A stretch of 64,000 nucleotides of DNA from Dimorphilus gyrociliatus (Eukaryota; Animalia; Annelida). Position numbers and translations under genes: made by a program. The notes beneath the pieces were generated by a model, which saw nothing but the letters and a program-made list of their open reading frames with translations, had not been told where the DNA came from and did not search any database. The stretch lies in assembly GCA_904063045.1 (NCBI GenBank), contig CAJFCJ010000021.1:806001-870000 (forward strand). The letters are read 5' to 3'. This document shows positions 37,801 to 52,214 of the stretch, one piece after another (the stretch's first letter is position 1; every line of letters starts with the position of its first letter).

Positions 37801-40019
37801 TTAGATATACTGCATATACAAGTACGTACGTTCTAAATTAAAATACAATGAGAATTATGATTTCTAAACGGCTTTGTTATTTTTTAGTTTTACGCATCTG
37901 TTAAATATTGTTTGTCATTTACAAAACCATACCTAGTAAGTCGATGTGCAATCCATCATTCGAATCCAAATATCGATCGATCTGGTGGGAGATAAAAAAA
38001 ATAATTAGCCTGACGTTCCTTTTTCTTTTTCTTCTTTTGCTTTTTCAAGAACGAAAAACTATATGAGGAGTAAAGTGGTACAAACAGACGTGACAAAAGC
38101 CTTTAAACACAATCGTCTAATAAGCCGAATCGCACAATTCCATTCCGCTTCTTGCTAGTTTGTCAAGCTCTCGCTGACAAGCTGTACCTGAACGGCGCAA
38201 AGTATCCTGCTTTTGTAGGGGGCGGAACACCCTAGACGTTATAGATGGCGTTTGTAACTGCTTTATTCTCAACAGTTTAGTATTAATCTATGAACGGAGA
38301 TAATGGTTCTTTTTTTTTCTACTATTTTACTTTCCTTTTTATAGTTTGTCGCTTTTTTTTTCAGTAGGTTATAGGCAAGTCACACACAAAAAAATCACTT
38401 GTTTTAGACGTTTTAGACGCTCTAGTGAATTTCAAGTTCATCAACAACTATGCATAGATAGTCCATTAAAAAATGAGTGACCCTTAAATGAACAAAAATA
38501 GATATTTGGTCCCGGAATGTTAAAGATCAGCTTAGTGGAAAAGATAATAAGTTAACCTAACGTCATACTTCATTACTAGTACTTTTTTTTTTTCCAGTGC
38601 CTTTTATTTTTTTACTTTCTCTTCCGCCTTTCTACTCGACGATTAACATTGAGAATGAAATCGTTTTCATTTAACAGAAAGAACAGCTTAAAAATTTCAA
38701 AAAGAAATCCGCTTTTAAAGATTAAAAAGGAAGAGGTAAAAGAAAAGGTTAAGGCAGAAGAAAGGGATAGATAGTACTACTCTGTAGAGACGTATAGGTG
38801 GGGAATAGAAATTATAGACGTGAAATAATGAAAGAGTCATTAAATGAAATAGATCGGAGAGTAAGAAAGAGATTGGGAAATAGTAAAAGAAATATAGATG
38901 GTGAAATAGAGAGTATTATTCATTCTCATCTATATATAAATATATACTGTATATATAATATATAGATAAATTGAAAGATAAAAAGAAATCTAATTTCAGG
39001 TTGCACAATTGTAATTAAATAGACCTAGGCAGCCCAAGGACAATAACGAGCAAAATTGTAATTTCGTCTTTAAGGTCTACTAGGAGGAGAAAAATTTGCA
39101 ATCTATCTCCTATAGCCTTTCATCTGTATGGTTTGAATTAGAAGAGGAATTTTCTTTGAATAAAACTGGAAATGGTGCAAGTAGACAAAAGAAATACCGT
39201 ACAATCTCCAGATGATTGTTGAGGTATTTTATTAGTGCTATTAGTGCTTTGCATTATTAGAATTTTTCGCGATACTATTATCGTATTAATCCTGATTTTT
39301 GAAGAGAGAAACGGCAGATAACTCTTTCTTATGGAATCAACGTAAAGCCTACACTGATTAGAACATCAACTAATTGCTTTCTCATTCTAATTTCTTCTAT
39401 TTTGCTTATATTCTGGATTTGTTCAATTCTCATATCGTTTTCTTTTTCTTTTGTTGGAAAAAGTAATTAGACCCTGGTCAATCAGTACTATATAATAAAT
39501 AGTCCATTGGGAGAGTTGTCTTAAAAGGCCTAAATTATCTTTTATGTCGCTTCCTTTTACATTAAGGGGGGTGGGATGGGAGGATTGAATAAGGTAAGCG
39601 AAACATTTACATCTTGTAAAAACTTTTATGAAATTATCTCTATAGTTGAAAAATTAGTAGAAAAAGGTTAATTAAAGGAATCGTTTGAGAGAGAGAGAGA
39701 GAGAGAGGCAAAGACAGAGAGAGAGAGAAAGAAAGAGAGAGAAGAAAAGTATTTATATATATATATATAAACATAAAAAAAAATTTAAGGATGAGTTTCT
39801 AACCGAGCGAAAAACAGCCTAATTGCTACTTTCCAGTCACGCCAGTCGATGTAAACAAAGTTATCCCGCCACCTTTTTACCACCATTTTTTATCGACCGA
39901 ATAATTACGGGAATCGCTCGAAAATTAGAGTAAAAAGGATAAAGTTTTTCCAGCTTTGATCTACATTTTGTACTGTCGTTCGCCATGTCAGAATGGTGAA
40001 ATGGAGGAGAATAGGAAAC

Positions 40020-40022
<3 letters not shown>

Positions 40023-40074
<52 letters not shown>
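40023..40074. repeat. (GA)n microsatellite
   Basis: Visible run; ends approximate. Confidence 0.9.
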
Positions 40075-40075
<1 letters not shown>

Positions 40076-42230
40076 TTTGAATATAATGTATAAAAGATGA
40101 ATATACAAAATTATTTAAGTTTCTAGGTTTTTATTGAGTTAATTTATAAATAAATAATAAAATTTATTTAAAGATATCTTTATTGCTTTTTATTTACAAT
40201 TTCCTAAGGAAAAATTCCGCAAAGCTGACGCTTTAAATCAATAGATGGGGAAATATTGTAGAGAAAAGAAAATAGCTGTACAGATATAGACTAAACATAC
40301 ATAAATCAAACGGGAGAATGCTTAAGGAGAAGGATAGAAAGTTGGGTGTTTTCTTCTTTGAAATCTTATCGTTAAAATTATCTTTTCCTTCTTTATTAAA
40401 ATATTTAGTAAAATCGGTCCTTTTTGATATAATATACGAAAACTATCTATTGGGTGAAGGCCACCTTTAACACCAAATTGACCTTCTACGGTGCATATTA
40501 GGCACACTCGTGGGAGATTGCCCAAGAAAAGGTTCGTTACAACCTTGAAAATTAACGATAAACGTGATGATAAGAGACTAAATCGTGTTAAGAAACTTAT
40601 TATTTTATTTTTCTTTTTTAGCCTCTCCCGAATCCACTATATCTTCTACCCAAGCTATTCCCTTCCCTCATTACTCTCTTTTTTCTTGTCTTGTACCTTT
40701 TCCTTCCCCTTCTCTTTCCTCTTTCTCTCCCTCTTTGCCTATGTCTCTCTCTCTCTTTCTGTCCGCTCTACTTTGTAATAAAAATAACTGGGGAGTAGAC
40801 TTAAATTATTAAAAGGGGAAATTTTTCTCCTTTGTTTTTTTAAACCATGACAAAAAAAGGTTTTGTCAGGTTTTTCGGTGCCTTATTTCTATCAATTGAC
40901 TGACAGAATTGTACAAAAACAATCGGCTTAAAGAGGGGTCTATAAAAGACAAACAAATGGAAAGAGAAAGAATAATGGGCATACGAAATGGTTACCATTC
41001 AACTTTAAACCTATTTATCTTAGAAAATGTGACAATAAAAGAAAGGGTTTAAAAAGAATAAATGGTAAAGAGTAGAGGAGATAGCGAAGCTATATGAAAG
41101 AGAGGTATGAGCAGGCGGAGTGGGAGAAAAAGTGAGAAGGGAACAGAAAAAAACAAGCAGAGGAGAAGGAGGAAGGAGGAGGAGGAGAAAGAAAAATATC
41201 ATTACCATTAAGTAGAACAAAATGAAATATAAAACATCTTAGAATAAACCGATTAGAAAGAGAAGGTTGAGGAGATGGAGAAAACAACAGTCTTAATTCT
41301 ATCCAACTCAGGCTGAGGTTAAACAGTAAAACTATTTTGAAAATGTTTTTCAAGACCCACGAAGGAATATAAGCCCTAAAGGTTTATTGAAATTGACTAG
41401 CTGGTCCAAGGAGATTTAAACGTAGAATAGAGAAAAAAGATAATAAAAAAAATTCCTTAGCAGATTTGCAGCTTTTCAATAATGGTTAGTAATAAGAGGA
41501 AGGGTAAAAAGTAAAAGGGAAATATGACAAGGTCGAGCTAGGAAACGTTATCGACAGACGCCATATAGGAAGGTCTTCTAAATCGTTTCCAAACAGGCTA
41601 AGTCGTGCCGACGAATGCTCAGACACGATAAGCGAGTCGGACAATGCTATTGCTAGACTGAATTAGATTAACGAACGTAATTAGTAGGCGAAAAGCTTTA
41701 AAGGCAGTCGTTAATATTCCAGCTTTGTAAATAGTATATCGGATTAGTTATAGAGTAGGCTACGTTGAGATCGGCACTGCAACAACTGCTAGTCGGACTA
41801 ATTATATTGATCTACGAAATTTTCGCCCAGTTCGCACTGTTTATAGAATAGAATTAAATCATTTTTGCAATCTATCTTACCAGTTTTGAGAGTGTTGCCT
41901 ATTCTCTCTCTCTCTCTCTCTCTTTCACACACACTTGTTTTGTTAATTCCTCCTTCCCTCACTCACTCACTCTCTCTCTCTCTCTCTCCCTCGTTTCACC
42001 TCTTTCTCTCAGTCTGCTCCCTTTTCCTGCACCCTTGTTAGTAGATTCATGGAATTTTAATTAAATTCCAAATTTACCTCGTAAAATAAAAAAAGAAATA
42101 ATTTTGTCAATTCGAAGAAATGACAAAAAATAATCTGAAAAAAAAATTGCATACTAAAATGCTCACAATTTCATCACTCATTCTCTCTTCATTCTCTTCT
42201 TTGTCTTGTAGACATCGAGCATAATCAGCA

Positions 42231-42274
<44 letters not shown>

Positions 42275-42907
42275 TATATATGTATATATAATATATAGCT
42301 TGAACGATAAAAATTCCAGTTAATACATCTAATCGATGGGAAAAAACTACTATTGAATGGTTTTTGAACGATTTCAATACTTTTTTTTTTATTTTTATCA
42401 TAAAATAGAAAAAGCAAGTTACATTCTTCTACATTTTTAATTCAATTTATTCATCAATTATGAATAATAAAATTAATCAATAAATAAAACGGTTAAAGGA
42501 GGAGTGGGCGGAGGAAAAAGGAGAAACGCGCTTGCTATTTCTTTCTCTCTTTCCATTTTGAAGAGCAAAAAAAGGGGGAATTAAATCAACTTTTACCAAC
42601 AATTGTAAGAGAATATCGCGAATATCATAGTCTTAAATTATGAGCCTAAATATTCTACGTCACCCAAATAGAACCCAATACTAAAAAGTATTTACCCTAT
42701 CTACGTTTTTTGCACTTTTTCATTATGACTACTTTTTTTTTCTCTTTGAGAAAAATAAGTAAAATTATTAAAAAGAAAATTAGAAACTTTTTTTTTACTA
42801 TGGAAGAATAAAAGAAAAAAAAAATATTGTCATTAATTATCGCTATTCCTTTTACATCTGTTCTTTATCAATCTCCACAGAATGGGTGGTGTATATAGGT
42901 CAACTTT

Positions 42908-42939
42908 TCCTCCTCCTCCTCCTCCTCCTCCTCCTCCTC
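42908..42939. repeat. (CCT)n microsatellite
   Basis: Visible trinucleotide run. Confidence 0.9.
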
Positions 42940-43830
42940 TCCTCTCCTCTCTTCCTTAATGGTTTAATAAATATGTTATCATGGAGAATTATATAGATTG
43001 ATATTCAACGGAATGATGAATAAATCATTGGCAAAGTACCATTTTTAATAATCATTTTTTTTATTTATATTTATAGTTTTTTTTTCATTCTTTATGAAAA
43101 AGAATGAAAAAATAATTAAAAAGTAAAATATTTATTGTTAAAATAACAAATAATAACTTTTGTTTTATTCCTTTTTTCCCCTATTTTTTAACTGCAAAAT
43201 AACTATGTCAGGAATCTGAATTATCCACTTTTTCATTATCGATATTACAATTATAAGATTCCGGATAACCTCATTTAACCACACGGCACTTATTTGTCAA
43301 ATAAAGCGTTACGATCAAGACCCTAAGTACGTGATAAGAATGACCAGATATTACCACCAGACGGAGCTTGTATAAAGTATTTTTGAAGATGAGAAATGAA
43401 ATATTTAAAGAGAAGAATGAATGATAGTTAAGATTTCTCTCTCTCTCCTTCACCTCCTCTCTCTCTCTCTATAGATAACTTTCCTAGGAATTTTTCTATT
43501 AATACTTTCACCTAAAAAAACTACTCGAATCCGTAAAGCACTTTGGTGAAAAATATTTCTAGTAGAAGGGATGAGTTAACTGAGGTCTGGATAGTTCTTC
43601 TCCATCCATTTATGAATACAACTGACCCTCCAATTTTCCCATCTATGCAATACCATACATTTTATAGGGTATAGATACAAATCTCTTCTTAATAGGTCTA
43701 ACAGACATTTATATTGTATACTCAGAGTATAATAACAATTGTAACATTGAAGAATTATCATAAATCTTGTAAATATCCTATAGGCAATATAAATTGCATA
43801 ATGTACCGAAAGAAGAAGAAGACTAAAGGG

Positions 43831-43876
<46 letters not shown>

Positions 43877-46800
43877 TCTCTAGGATGTTAACCCGTCCAC
43901 AGAAAAATGAATTAACTGAATTTTTTTCAAATATTGCCGTCTCTCTATCCCTTGTTTTTTCTTTCTATTCAAAAAATGACTAACGGTTTAAAAGCTTATC
44001 TTTGTCTTTTCATCTAATAAAATATATTAATCCAATAAACCTATAAAGTTTATGCGTAAAACTAGGCATATAATAAAACGCCAAGTACAGTTTTATTGGC
44101 TTTGAATTAGTTGGCAAATATGTTTAAAATGAAAAAAATAGACTTTTATTCAGAATGAGAGAATGTTACAAACTCTTGATTGATTTTCTGATTATAGTAT
44201 AAAAGAATAAGAAGAATGTTACTATTATTAAAAAAACCCACTCGAAATGAACATTATTCTTTAATATTATGTTCCTTTAGTTATTCAAGTATCGTTTATT
44301 GAACAGTGGTGATACTTTTCAATTTCTCAGTAATAAATAGAAAACTATAAATATACAATTTGTTTTTTATCCTTACTTTGAAAATATTTTGTTGCAGTTG
44401 GTTTTTGTTCTATTGCTGCTGCTGCCACTGTATATCTAATAAGCTTTATCCATTGTTACATTTTCGTATCATTCAAGAAATTTGTATACAATTATTTCGC
44501 GAATGAACGAAATATAAGACCCTAACTTGTCGCATCATATATAAACTGTGTGTATGTATACAGGTGTCGGAGTGATACTAATTGCCTACTTGGCCACCTG
44601 ATGAGGCACGTCATCGTCAGACGAGGAAGGCAAAGTGAAAGAAATTGACCCTTAATTGACTATTGACTGTGTGAGAAAAAAAAGCCTAATGAAGGTAGTG
44701 TATAAAACTGCTATATGCAGCTTTGCATATTTTTTATTAGACAAAAGGTGAGCAGGAAATTTACAAGCGGACGTTCTATTGAAAAAACAAGACCGAATCG
44801 GCTATAGGCGTTAATAAGGTGGCGATTCGATTAGGCTCCCGCCACTACGCCATGTTTTATAGGGCTGTCCGTAGATGTATTGCCATTTTCAATGAAATTT
44901 ATTTTCCTACCTAGAGATATTATCCCCTTCAATCTCTCCCTCCCTCCCTCCCTCTCTCTCGATATAATTATGATTAAGATAAGATATTTTGCAGTGAAAA
45001 AAAATTTCATTATGGTAAAAATTCTAACAGTAAAATCTTCAAATTACAAGCAAAAATTTGTTTATCCTTTAACTAGGTTTGATAAAAAAAAAGAAAAAAA
45101 CTACTTGTATAAAAAATAAAGAAAAAGAAATTAACCAGAATCTAGTCGAACGATTTTTAAAGAGTTCTCCAGGGCCTTGTAGTTAGGGTTGTATGGAGAC
45201 AGGTTAGATCTCGGTCACCAATTAAATATTGAAACAGTATCTCTAGTTCAAGAAAAAATGTTTGTTTCCTTTTTTCCTGTCTTTTGAAGTTTATCGATTA
45301 AACACGTATATATATATATATATATATATATTGTATTTATGTACAGTATATACTGTATATATATATATACATATATATTATTTGATTTTACATTAATTTG
45401 ATTAATTACCTAATAGAGGTCCATCAAAGAGGGAATACGGGTTTAATAGTTATGTTATTGATTATTGAATCTTTCGATGATTGTAGAATTGCACACATGT
45501 ACACTCAAGTACATATACTAAAAGGAATTTAGAATGTTTAAGTATTTCTAATATCTTTTTTTAGAATAAGTTTCAAACTTTTCATTTTGTATGAATTTAA
45601 AAAATGGATTAATAAGAATATTTTCTATTAGTAAAAATCTCTCTCTCTCTCTTCTCCCTCCTATCCTCCTTCTCCTCCTCCTCCTCCTCCTTTTCCTAAT
45701 GAATTTTGCAACACAATAAATAGAGAACAGTACATTGCTTACGATTTTCACTTTCTAGGAAAGATGTAATTGATATAGGAATATTTTATTTCTTGAAAAA
45801 TTTAGTTAATTCTGTCCGTTACAAATGAAATTTTTCAAGATTGTTTGAACTCTATGTAAATTCATTGATTGTTTGTCAAATTTATGACCTACAGATGGAT
45901 AGAGACTAAACGCAGATGCTCTTAATAGAGAAAATATACAGGATTTTACTGATAATAGAAATTCTTCGATGATACCGTTCAGTTATCAGCTATTTATACT
46001 ATATATATATATACTGTAGATATTTGAATATACGTAGTATATGTATATTTATTTACTTTATTTATGTCAATCAATTAGTTGCTCCTCTTTTCTTCTCTTT
46101 TTACTTTTCTCATAAATATTGTTCTTTTTTTCTTTATTATAAAAAATTCATTATTTAAATATCTTCTTCTTCTTCTTCTTCTTTCTCTTCTTTTTCTTAG
46201 TTTATTTATTCTGATTGGCCAATAATTAACAATTAATTAGCAAAACAGCTTTATTAGATATACAGTTGATCAAATAAGCCAAGTATACCCATTTCTTGTA
46301 AATAGGTTCATTAGAACGCCTTGAAACAAAGTTGTTGATTGACATTAGTATTTGAAATAGTGGCACTTCCTCCCATTCCCTTTTCAATATCTATATTTTA
46401 AGAATTTCTCTTTCTTTTAGTTTCAATATCTCTTGATTTATATATAGAAAGTCGCATACAGTAAGTATATAGGCCAATGTTACCCTACGATGCTGGTATA
46501 AACAGTACGTACTGTATATATTATAGTCAATAGACAGTAAACTACTGTCTATTTTCTGTTTGTTTATCTATACATATATATAGATATGAAACATTCGAAA
46601 TAGTTTAGTTTACCTCTCTTTGAACTGTTAATACAAAAGGTAAATCGACAAGTTTGGCCATTATTTAAAACTCTCTAAAAGAGAACTATTAGTCGTGTAG
46701 TATAATTATAGAAAAGTATACGTTTATAATATATTAAATGCTCAATTTTACCTTGTATGGATTGCGGATTAAGGATATTTATCTAGAATATCTTAAAGGA

Positions 46801-48296
46801 TTTCTTTTCTGAGAAATGAACATTTAAAAACTTTAGCCTATAATGATGGATTGAACAATTTAAAATACATAATTAAAAGCTGTTTTTAAATTATACTCAT
46901 TGAACGGTTTGGAAAAGAAAAAAGCGACAACAAATATACTGTGTACGCAGAAGAATTTAGATAGAGGAAAGGGGGCTGAGAGCGAAGTGACGAAAGAGAC
47001 GGAGAAAGAGAGAGGGACACAACAGAGTAAAAGAGTGAAGATGGGAGATCCCATTAACTTAATTATGTAAATGACAGCTTTAGCCCCTTAATATTCCGAA
47101 GGCTTCCTCTTCAATTTCGTATCAAGGATCTTATTATATGAGTCTGAACCACGAGGGAACCATAATTGTAAATTCTTTAACATGGTATGTTATTCTCCCA
47201 CTTTGGTTCAACAAGTTATCTAATAGATTCAAATGAAGCGTTAGCGGTTTGTGTTTTCTTTACTCCATGTGCTTGTTATTTGTAATTACTTCAAGAGGTT
47301 CTCTTTAAGAAATTATACTTTCATAGAAGATTCACAAACGTCAACCATAAGAAAACTTTGATTGTTCTTAATGATTATTGTTCTTCCTCTCTCTTTCCCT
47401 AGTTTACCATTTACATTGAAGTGGTTAAATAGGAAACTTTTATACAATCCTCATTAGAATCTTTTCACTAATAATCATCCAAACAACAAAGCGTTACTTC
47501 AGTTTAAAATGGTACTGTAGAGCTTGTTAACTTACTAGTACTTTATCATCTTAAAATTAAGCTGAAAAGTATTGAATGTTTGCTTCTGGCCTCCGCCCTC
47601 CTTCCCTTCCATTTCTGAGACGCTTATGTAATAATAACGTTTATCACAATAGAATAATTAAATAGTAAAGAAATTTCTTTTTCAGTAATTTTCTTGACTT
47701 AAAATTTCTATTTATGAATAGAAAGTCCTAAAGGTTTTTTTCCCCTTTCCCTTGATCCGCTCTGTCATGTCTCTATCATCTCTCTTCCCTTTTTGTGAAT
47801 AGTATACATATCTTTGTTACTCTTACTCTTTGTTCTTAATAAATATTACAGATATAATCGTATTTTGATAGCATCTCCATCGTGATATGGTAAAAGAAAG
47901 CAAATTTATCTTACCTTTCCCACCTACAAGTATACCATAATAGTATAGTAGTGGTAAACGACAGCCGTCTATTCTCTTTACTCAAAAGGTAAAAATATCC
48001 AAAAGATATAAAACAGAATAATTTCGAGTATCACTTTTTTTTCAAGCAAAAAAGAAAAAACAGCTGAATCTTCTTGTTGTATAGAAAAAAAGAAGATTTC
48101 TTTTACTCCTTTCCTGATGCTATGTCGTTTTATAGGAAATTATCATCTGCTGGAAGAGAAGTAGAGGAAAAGTGATGAGGAAGAAGAGAGAGGAACAGGA
48201 AGGGAAATGTAGGGGTAGCCAGAGAGTAGGTAGGATGCCCATTCATTAGAAATATTTTCCCCTTACGTTTCATATTGGTTAACGTATGAAGTATGT

Positions 48297-48400
48297 ACAT
48301 ATATATATATATATATATATATACAGTGTATATATATATATATATATATACAGTGTATATATATATATATATATATACAGTATATACAGTTTATACAGTA
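48297..48400. repeat. (TA)n array punctuated by CAGT(G) with a 27-nt period
   Basis: TACAGT starts at 48322, 48349, 48376, then 48385 and 48394. Confidence 0.85.
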
Positions 48401-50693
48401 GATGCATAAAGTATAAATCTTTATATATTTCTTATTTTTTTTAAAAAAAAACACAGAAAGAAAGACTATTTCCAGTTTAACTAATGAACGCGCTCTATAT
48501 TGTCCTACTTGATTTACGACCGACAGTTTCTCATTCAAGCGAATTTATAATGCCAGATCATGTTCTATAAATTGATTTTTTTTTTAACCTAACCATCTTA
48601 TCCGAGAAGAACTTTGACCTTCTAATTTTTAAATGCCGAGTTCCTAACTCAAATTGTAAGCCTAATAATTGTATTAATGACGTTTTTACCCTTATCGACT
48701 TTATTGAACTGGCTTTATATTCCCAATGCAATTTCCAGTGTATCGTAATTTCAATATACGAAAAGTATAGTTTAAGTGGGAAATACCTTAAAGAAGAAAT
48801 TGTTAGAATCCAATTGAAGTGAACTTCTTAAAGAGAGCAAAATTTGAAACTAAGAAAGAGAGAGAGAGAGAGAGAGAAGGCTGGGGTAAAGAAAGGAAAG
48901 AAAGATATAAATAAAGAGAACGATTTCCAAGTACTGACTTTATACATTTGTGTAAACTATAAATTATATTTAGCTTAAATGGTACTGACAGTTAATAGAA
49001 GGTGAGAATAGGCTTTAAAAACAGAAAACATACTTTGTAAAAGCCTCAAAGTTTTTAACTTGATAAAAGGAATGACCGAATGAGAAAGAAATAGATAGTT
49101 TATAGCAAAACAATAATACAATTACCTAAACACTTGTTAAATGATTTCTACGCTTATTAACTATTAGAAATTTTAGATAGGCTTTTTAAGAAAAGAAAAC
49201 AACTGCAATAATTTTACAACAGCTCTGCAGTTCAACATACTGTACAAGAAATACTTTGGTAGAAGCCAATTGTAAGAGATTAAAATGATAACCGAACTAT
49301 AGTGTATTATCTATTATCTATATGAAACAACACAGGCTTTTTCAATTTTCATTCATTCATTCATTCATTAATCTTTCTTTTTTGAGTTTAATTCAGTCGC
49401 TTAAATCTTTTTTTTTCTATCTGTTAGAATAGTCTGTTCCTCCTCCACCTCCTCCTCTTCTCCATTTATACCAGTACTACTACCACTACTACAACTACTA
49501 CTACTACTATTCTTACTATAACTACTATTTCCAGTGTTAGTCTTATTTTTTATTTATTTTGCAGCATCATCTTTATTGCTGCTCTGTAAAGTCAAAGCTC
49601 GTTTATGATATTTCGAAATAATTAATGAATTTTACGTTTTCGTCTTGCTTAATACGCTATTTTCGTATTAAAATAGTCCGTAATGAAAAAGTTAACATTT
49701 TTCTATATTCGCCTAATAGTTGATTTACAAGATAAGAGTGTTACAGATTGATTAAAAGAGGTTGGGGGAAACTATGAAGGAATAGGAGAGAAGAGTGGGG
49801 CAAAGGGGGACATGACAGAAAAAAAATGTCTCTTAAATAATCATCGACATGTGTAAAGTTTCGTAAAATAAGAAAAAAAAAGAAAAAGAGAGAAAACTAA
49901 GCACGCACGTTTTCGCAACCGATCGAATTAGATTTGATTGACTTAGAAGACGAGAGAATGAGACGGAAGAGAAGAATCGATTGGCATCAAACAACCTACG
50001 CGATTCCTCACTTTACAAAAAGGCCTACAACGTTAATAACTTCTCCGTTCATAGATTTAATTGTTACTTGAAAAAAAATTTGTCTACAAAAACTGAAAAA
50101 GAAAGAAAAAAAAAGGAAAAAAAAACTCCCTTACCTTACACCCGGCGCGGATGTTCGGCAAATGAGACTTGTTCGGACACTAGACGGCGCTTTTTACCTT
50201 TGTAAAATTATTCCAAGGTCGATACACTAATTAGAATCTATAGCCTAATTAGACTTCTGATTTCTAATTAGTTTGAGATAATGTTTTGAAAACTCCCCCT
50301 TTACCTTCCGGACCAGTACTCTGACCTATTTCCGTTGATTTTTCACCCTAAATTTTCTACTCTTTACCTAATCCCCTCCTCCCTCACTTTCTTTTTCTGC
50401 CTTTTTCTGCCTCTCCTACTCGCTCTTTCTTTCTTTCTTTCTTTCTGTCTATTTCTTTCTTTTCTCTTTTTTCCAACCAGAAAGATTTTGTCACGCTTCG
50501 GTTTGTAATCAAAGTTTTCCTTTTTTTATTTTTGAAAATGACACCCCTGGGATTTTTGAGGGACGTCTAACGGACGGTGATGTTATATTTTTAGAAGCCT
50601 AAACGGATTATATTAGGGTGAAAGGATCGAAGAAAAAAAACATAACAGTTAAAGAAAAAGTTGTTGTTAGCTGAATTAAAAAACAACAAAGCC

Positions 50694-50725
<32 letters not shown>

Positions 50726-50813
50726 AGAAGGAAATAAGAGGGTTTTAATTAGAAATAAAATAAAACATTAAGGATTAAAGTTGAAAATATAATATTTTTA
50801 TTACTCATACTAG

Positions 50814-50850
<37 letters not shown>

Positions 50851-52173
50851 AGAGGGAAAGAGAAAGAAAGAAAGAAGGAAAGAAAAAAAAAGGAAAGATA
50901 TCTTTTAATCATATTTAAAAGGCTTAGCTGTTTACTCGATAGATCGACCCCTTTATGGAAGGGTAGAATTGTTCAGTTGATATATGACAGTAGAAATAAT
51001 TCATCAACTTGAATATTTATTGCAGATTTACCTTTACGTTAAATTAAGTAACTAATTTATTTGATTATTGAATTCAATTGTATTTGAAGAGAGAGAGAAA
51101 AAAAGACACTGAATACAAACATTTATATATATTTTATTTTTTATTTTTATCCTTTGTAGATGATATCCAATAGGCTATTAATCATAGCTGGCAATTTTAT
51201 AGTTTATTAATTATCTTATTTCCCTATAGTTATTGTTCCCTTTCGGCACCTTGAAAAGGCACAAAATAAATAAGGAGAAATGAGATACTTGACAAGATAT
51301 TGTACTAGGTTGAATAAAGAAAATGACTATAGAATAGGTTATATCCTCTTCTCGTTTTGCGAGATATCTTTTTTCTTTTTCAGATCCCGTTTATCTCTCT
51401 TTCTCTCTCTCTCTCTATCCATCCGTCCGTCCGTCCACTCCATTAACTAGAAAATTCGCTTACATGTATAGATATAACACATAAAAAGTACAAGTTATTA
51501 AGTAAAACCTACACAATATTTTAATTATTTCAATCTTATTGCTAGACTTTCCTTTGCTTTTTCTTTATTTTCCTATTCCGTTCCATATTTGTTTTATCTT
51601 CTTTAACAGGAAAAGAAAAGAAAGTTAAGTAAAAAAATAGGTTATAAAGACGGTAAACTTATTATTAATTCATCTATTTCCTCATATGGTTTCCCCTCTT
51701 AATTTATAATTTACTCTTATCTTTTCCTTGCTCTAATAGTTATGCAAAATAAATTCTCTTTACTTATTTCCTCACTTACCCGCTCTATAGAAACTCTAAT
51801 ACTCCTACTCCTCCCACAAGTTATTCCATCGGACGTTCCTATGTCTTGCGCAAGAAAAAAGCAAGCTATACAAATACACAATTATTCTATATACATACAC
51901 CATATCAACCTCAACGTTGAGTTTACACTTATACACATATTCAGTACAGAGGTTACACTTACGTATGTGCCTTTAAACAGTAAATAACCAATTACACATA
52001 TATGCACATACAGACAGTATATACATCTTTCATTCTATCCTATTACGCCATATGGATCTGTTTAAAATAATTCAAGTTGAGCTTGATAAAACAATCAATA
52101 AACTATTCGTCCGATAATGAATATTCATTCAAAGAAACACTTAATAAAGAAAGATTGATAGATTGATAGATAA

Positions 52174-52214
<41 letters not shown>

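Noticed and set aside
41567-41602. Minus-strand peptide LSLFGNDLEDLP resembling one leucine-rich repeat
   Set aside because: Single repeat in a short stop-bounded frame with no neighbouring LRRs.
43576-43761. ORF ending CIHKWMEKN, reminiscent of a RING C-terminus
   Set aside because: The other RING Cys/His ligands and usable splice sites are missing.
44598-44644. CTGATGAG...GAAA resembling a hammerhead ribozyme core
   Set aside because: Stem II cannot form (GGCA has no complement before GAAA) and no stem III/cleavage triplet is evident.
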